Below are positions 60,983-64,000 of a stretch of 64,000 bases of DNA, in pieces (position 1 is the stretch's first letter; each line of letters begins with the position of its first letter). The stretch is taken from positions 32,001 to 96,000 of the forward strand of contig JANNXA010000016.1 of the NCBI GenBank assembly GCA_031409275.1, read 5' to 3'. The position numbers were made by a program, and so were the translations under genes. The stretch is from Planctomycetota bacterium (GTDB lineage Bacteria > Planctomycetota > B15-G4 > SIAN01). Below the pieces are notes generated by a model. That model made no database searches. It saw nothing but the letters and a program-made list of their open reading frames with translations, and was not told the DNA's origin.

Positions 60983-61356
60983 CGGCCCCCATCGATCGTC
61001 CGCGCGCACGCGAAGCCGGACCGGAACTCCTGGTGCTGGCCCGTTTCGAGGAGGGCACTCGGTGGCTCCTGGATCACACCGCACGCTGGCCGAAGCACGC
61101 GCGCTTCACCCTGACGCAACGGGTCGAGAACCATGCGCTCGACATCGTCGAGCTGCTGGTCCACGCGCGCTACGAGCCGCGTGGGCGCGCGGCACGGCTT
61201 GGCGACGTCAACCTGCGCCTCGAACGGATGCGCTTCCTGTTCCGGCTGGCGCATCACACGCGGGTGATGCATGCCGCCGGCTTCGAGACGGCCATGCGTT
61301 GGCTCGACGAGAGCGGGCGGATGTTGTTCGGCTGGCGCCAGGCGCTCGCGCCATGA
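60979..61356 (+). CDS. avd: DGR accessory variability determinant Avd
   Basis: 125 aa; WPKHARFTLTQRV, LERMRFLFRLA and ESGRMLFGW match the Avd four-helix-bundle pattern. GTGA and ATGA overlaps couple it to both neighbours. Confidence 0.9.
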   Translation: MTAPIDRPRAREAGPELLVLARFEEGTRWLLDHTARWPKHARFTLTQRVENHALDIVELLVHARYEPRGRAARLGDVNLRLERMRFLFRLAHHTRVMHAAGFETAMRWLDESGRMLFGWRQALAP

Positions 61357-62369
61357 GACGGAAAGGCGGTCATTGGCCGCTCATCACCCGCTTCGACCAT
61401 CTCTGCGCCTCGGCATGGCGAGCCGCCCGCGGCAAACGACAGACGGCCACGGTCGCGCGGTTCCTCGAACGACTCGAACCCGAGGTGCTGCAGCTGAAGC
61501 GCGAGCTCGAGACCCAGAGCTGGCGACCGCAACCACCCACCCGTTTCCGCATCCTCGATCCGAAGGAGCGCACGATCACCGCAGCGGCGTTCCGCGATCG
61601 AGTCGTCCACCACGCGTTGATCGACGCCATCGAGCCAGCCCTCGAGCGCCGCATGGTCGCCTGCAGTTTCGCCTGCCGGAAGGGCATGGGAACGCATCGC
61701 GCGCTCGATCACGCCCGACGACTGGTGCGCCGTTTCGGCTGGTTCCTCAAGCTCGACGTGCGCAAGTGCTTCGACTCGCTGCGGCACGACGTGGTCCTGG
61801 CAGCGGCTCGGCGGGTCATCAAGGGACGCGCGACGCTCGCCTTGATCGAGACGATCGTCCGCCACGACGCGAGCGCCGTCGCCGAGGGGCGCGGCCTCCC
61901 GATCGGCAGCCTCACCAGCCAGTGGCTCGCGAACCTCGTGCTGGACCAGCTCGACCACTTCGCGCTGGAGCAGCTGCGCGTTCCCGGCTACGTGCGGTAC
62001 ATGGACGACTTCGCGTTGTTCGGCGGTTCCAAGGGAGAGCTATGGCGCTGGCATGCGGCCGTCGAGCGCTTCCTCCGCGAACGGCTCGGTCTCGAACTGA
62101 AGTCGCAGGCCACCTGCCTCGCGCCGACCACGGAGGGGCTGCCGTTCCTTGGCTGGAGGATCCACCCGGGGACGACGCGGTTGAAGCCGGAGAGTCGGAG
62201 ACGATTACTGCAGCGCCACCGACGACTGACGCGGTCGCTGCAACATGGCGGGATGACGGAGGAGCAGTTCGCGGTGCGAGCACGCAGCCTGTTCGTCCAC
62301 GCCTCAGCGGGATCGACTCTCGCATGGCGCCGCCTCGTTTCGACGAGGGAGCCCATGCCTCGAACTTGA
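61353..62369 (+). CDS. DGR reverse transcriptase
   Basis: 338 aa; AARGKR, DPKER.I.A..FRDRVVHHA, SFACRKG.GTH, LKLDVRKCFDS, GLPIGSLTSQ (61893-61922, DGR-type SQ motif), YVRYMDDF, FLGW; no maturase or endonuclease domain. Confidence 0.96.
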   Translation: MRRKGGHWPLITRFDHLCASAWRAARGKRQTATVARFLERLEPEVLQLKRELETQSWRPQPPTRFRILDPKERTITAAAFRDRVVHHALIDAIEPALERRMVACSFACRKGMGTHRALDHARRLVRRFGWFLKLDVRKCFDSLRHDVVLAAARRVIKGRATLALIETIVRHDASAVAEGRGLPIGSLTSQWLANLVLDQLDHFALEQLRVPGYVRYMDDFALFGGSKGELWRWHAAVERFLRERLGLELKSQATCLAPTTEGLPFLGWRIHPGTTRLKPESRRRLLQRHRRLTRSLQHGGMTEEQFAVRARSLFVHASAGSTLAWRRLVSTREPMPRT

Positions 62370-62387
62370 TTGAACGTCCGTCGGCCG

Positions 62388-62518
62388 TGCGACGCCGGCA
62401 ACCGCGTGGTTCGTGGCGGCAGCTTTGCCAACGACGACGCCGCGAACGCGCGGTCGGCCTACCGGAACGCCAACCAGCCGGGCAATCGCAACCGGAACTT
62501 GGGCTTCCGCGCCGCCAA
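62388..62518 (+). ncRNA. DGR template repeat (TR)
   Basis: Adenine-rich copy of the VR with eight AAY codons in the VR frame; begins 18 nt after the RT stop. Confidence 0.95.
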
Positions 62519-62603
62519 TGTGTCGCCAACGCCCGATCGGCGCGCTCGCCGTGCGAACGGCATCGCGTCGCAGAGCACGGGACACCCAGGTCGACGGACG
62601 TGG

Positions 62604-62682
62604 CCGAGGTGACGAGCCTCGGACGAATAGCTGTGGCCGCGCCGGGGCTCGTAGGCCGCAAGGCCGAGCGCTCCGGCGCGGC
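62604..62682 (+). other. Stem-loops downstream of the TR (candidate DGR RNA 3' spacer structure and/or terminator)
   Basis: ccgagg/cctcgg (62604-62622); gccgcgccgg (62636-62645) pairs with ccggcgcggc (62673-62682) and encloses ggcc-GCAA-ggcc; followed by gtttctt. Confidence 0.6.
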
Positions 62683-62821
62683 GTTTCTTCAGGACACCGG
62701 GTGCGACAGGAGCACTTGTCCGCGGTTTGACCCCGTGCGTCGGCAACTGCGCCTGAGTGGGCTCCAGGGCGAGGAATGGTGAAGCGCCTCGCCCTCTCAT
62801 CCCAGAACGAGGGTCACTTCA

Positions 62822-63934
62822 ATGGATCGACTGGAACGTAAGGACAAGCAGCTGCTCGTGGCGCCGAGCGGCGAGTGCGTGGACTGCGGGAGTTTCGACT
62901 ACGAGCCAACTGACGCGGGACGCGAAGCGATCCGCGCGGTGCGGACTCGCGCCCTGCAGAAGCGGGGTCGCCTGGCGGCTTCGATGGCCGGTCGCTGGCT
63001 GACCTTGAACGCGGCAGCGATGGGCGCGGCGGCGCTGCTGCCGATCGGGGCGCAGTGGCCGTTCCTGATTGGAGCGGGTGGCATCCTGCAGCGGTTCGCC
63101 ACCTCGGGGATGCTGCACGAGTCGGCCCATCTCACCCTGCTCTCCCGGCGCAAGTGGAACGATGCGATGGGCCGCATCCTGGCGGCGCTGTCGTTCGTCG
63201 ACTTCGACGACTGGAAGGCTGCCCACATGAAGCACCACGCGGAGTTGGCCACCATCCGCGACCCGGAGTACGCCGAGCTGACGCTCCACGGCATGAAGCT
63301 CGACGGCATGTCGCCGAGCGAGTTGGCCCGCATGCTCGTGGCCCCGTTCCAGCCCGCGATGTTGCTGCGCGCCGCGAAGGAGAGCCTGTCGGTCTTCCGC
63401 AAGCGCACGCCGTGGATCGTCTGGGGGGCGCTCGCGAGCCTCGCGCTCGCCTGCGGGCCGCTCGGCATGACGTGGCTGCTGACGTGGTTCATCGCCAGCT
63501 TCTCGACGCGCAAGTTCGTGTGGCTGATCGCCAACGCGACCGAGCACTCCTTCAAGTTGCAGAAGGAGATGGAGGACGGCTCGACGCCGGCCGGCCGGAA
63601 GCTGCGGCAGATGCCCCTGCGGCTGCGGTGGCTGGCCATCTCGCGCGAGCGGCGCGGCGCGCTGTCTCGGCTGATCAGCCCGGAGTCGGAGGCGCTCTAC
63701 CACGCGACCCACCACTACGACGCGGGTGCGCCGGGCGGCGGACTGAAGGAGCTGCACGCCACCCTTCTGCAGCACCAGCCGGGCTATGCGGAAGTGCACA
63801 AGATCACGGACGGCCTCTTCATCGCGAAGCCTGGGCGCGCGGCGGCGCTGGATGACTTGCGCGCCGGAGCCGCTTCGGACGACGCGATCATCAAGTCGGG
63901 TCTCTGCAACGCCGAGGCGCGTCGCGCGGCGTAA
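62822..63934 (+). CDS. Fatty acid desaturase-like membrane di-iron protein
   Basis: His boxes LHESAH, HMKHH and YHATHH, plus NATEH and hydrophobic segments. Confidence 0.82.
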   Translation: MDRLERKDKQLLVAPSGECVDCGSFDYEPTDAGREAIRAVRTRALQKRGRLAASMAGRWLTLNAAAMGAAALLPIGAQWPFLIGAGGILQRFATSGMLHESAHLTLLSRRKWNDAMGRILAALSFVDFDDWKAAHMKHHAELATIRDPEYAELTLHGMKLDGMSPSELARMLVAPFQPAMLLRAAKESLSVFRKRTPWIVWGALASLALACGPLGMTWLLTWFIASFSTRKFVWLIANATEHSFKLQKEMEDGSTPAGRKLRQMPLRLRWLAISRERRGALSRLISPESEALYHATHHYDAGAPGGGLKELHATLLQHQPGYAEVHKITDGLFIAKPGRAAALDDLRAGAASDDAIIKSGLCNAEARRAA

Positions 63935-64000
63935 GCCGTCAGTTCGGATCGCCTGTTCGACCGAGATCGGAGTCATCGACTCCGTGCGCCCGGGTGCTCT

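Larger units (their letters stand above)
55834..62682 (+). mobile_element. Diversity-generating retroelement locus (ECF sigma - target - HRDC - Avd - RT - TR)
   Basis: All core DGR components are present, co-oriented and intact; inclusion of the ECF gene is inferred from adjacency. Confidence 0.9.

Noticed and set aside
60915..61352. N-terminal extensions of the RT (from 60915) and Avd (from 60760) in the ORF track
   Set aside because: They overlap the real upstream genes in other frames; the 4-nt stop/start overlaps indicate starts at 61353 and 60979.
61353..62369. RT as a group II intron, retron or CRISPR-associated RT
   Set aside because: It is short, has the GxxxSQ motif, lacks maturase and endonuclease domains, and is flanked by avd and an adenine-specific TR/VR pair.
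62370..62612. 80-aa ORF resembling the FGE-domain C-terminus
   Set aside because: It is the translation of the DGR template repeat (Asn-rich because of AAY codons), with a TTG start and no evident RBS; it is better explained as non-coding TR.
1..64000. tRNA, rRNA, CRISPR arrays, integrases, transposases
   Set aside because: None was recognised by eye; a tRNAscan/Infernal run would be needed to exclude small RNAs formally.

Overview
High-GC (roughly 70% by eye) bacterial chromosomal window. The gene content (TIGR02999-type ECF sigma/Ser-Thr kinase pairs, ASPIC/UnbV, sulfatase-like, redoxin-monooxygenase and DUF4139 proteins) suggests a Planctomycetota-like organism; this is an inference. Most of the window holds envelope, hydrolase and housekeeping genes: sucA, sucB, lpdA, ETF-QO, trmB, an RND pump and two FIST proteins. 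The standout is at the right end (about 55.8-62.7 kb): a complete diversity-generating retroelement (DGR) in the order target(VR)-HRDC-Avd-RT-TR. Its 131-nt template repeat (62388-62518) differs from the variable region (60109-60239) at 14 positions, all TR adenines and 13 of them A->T. The diversified target is a cytoplasmic Ser/Thr kinase-NACHT-FGE/C-type-lectin protein encoded directly after an ECF43/TIGR02999-like sigma factor. This suggests a hypermutable NLR-like sensor wired to a phosphorylation-activated sigma factor. Other notable items: a 158-bp structured MITE-like element in two copies with 3-bp TNA target duplications and compensatory changes, tandem beta-propeller lipoprotein paralogues with a homogenised N-terminus, an RND adaptor gene broken by an in-frame TAA, a GT2-sulfotransferase-methyltransferase fusion coupled to a stand-alone RapZ C-terminal domain, and a sucA-sucB cluster split by a FIST/histidine-kinase module. 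All calls come from reading the sequence and ORF track; no database searches were run.
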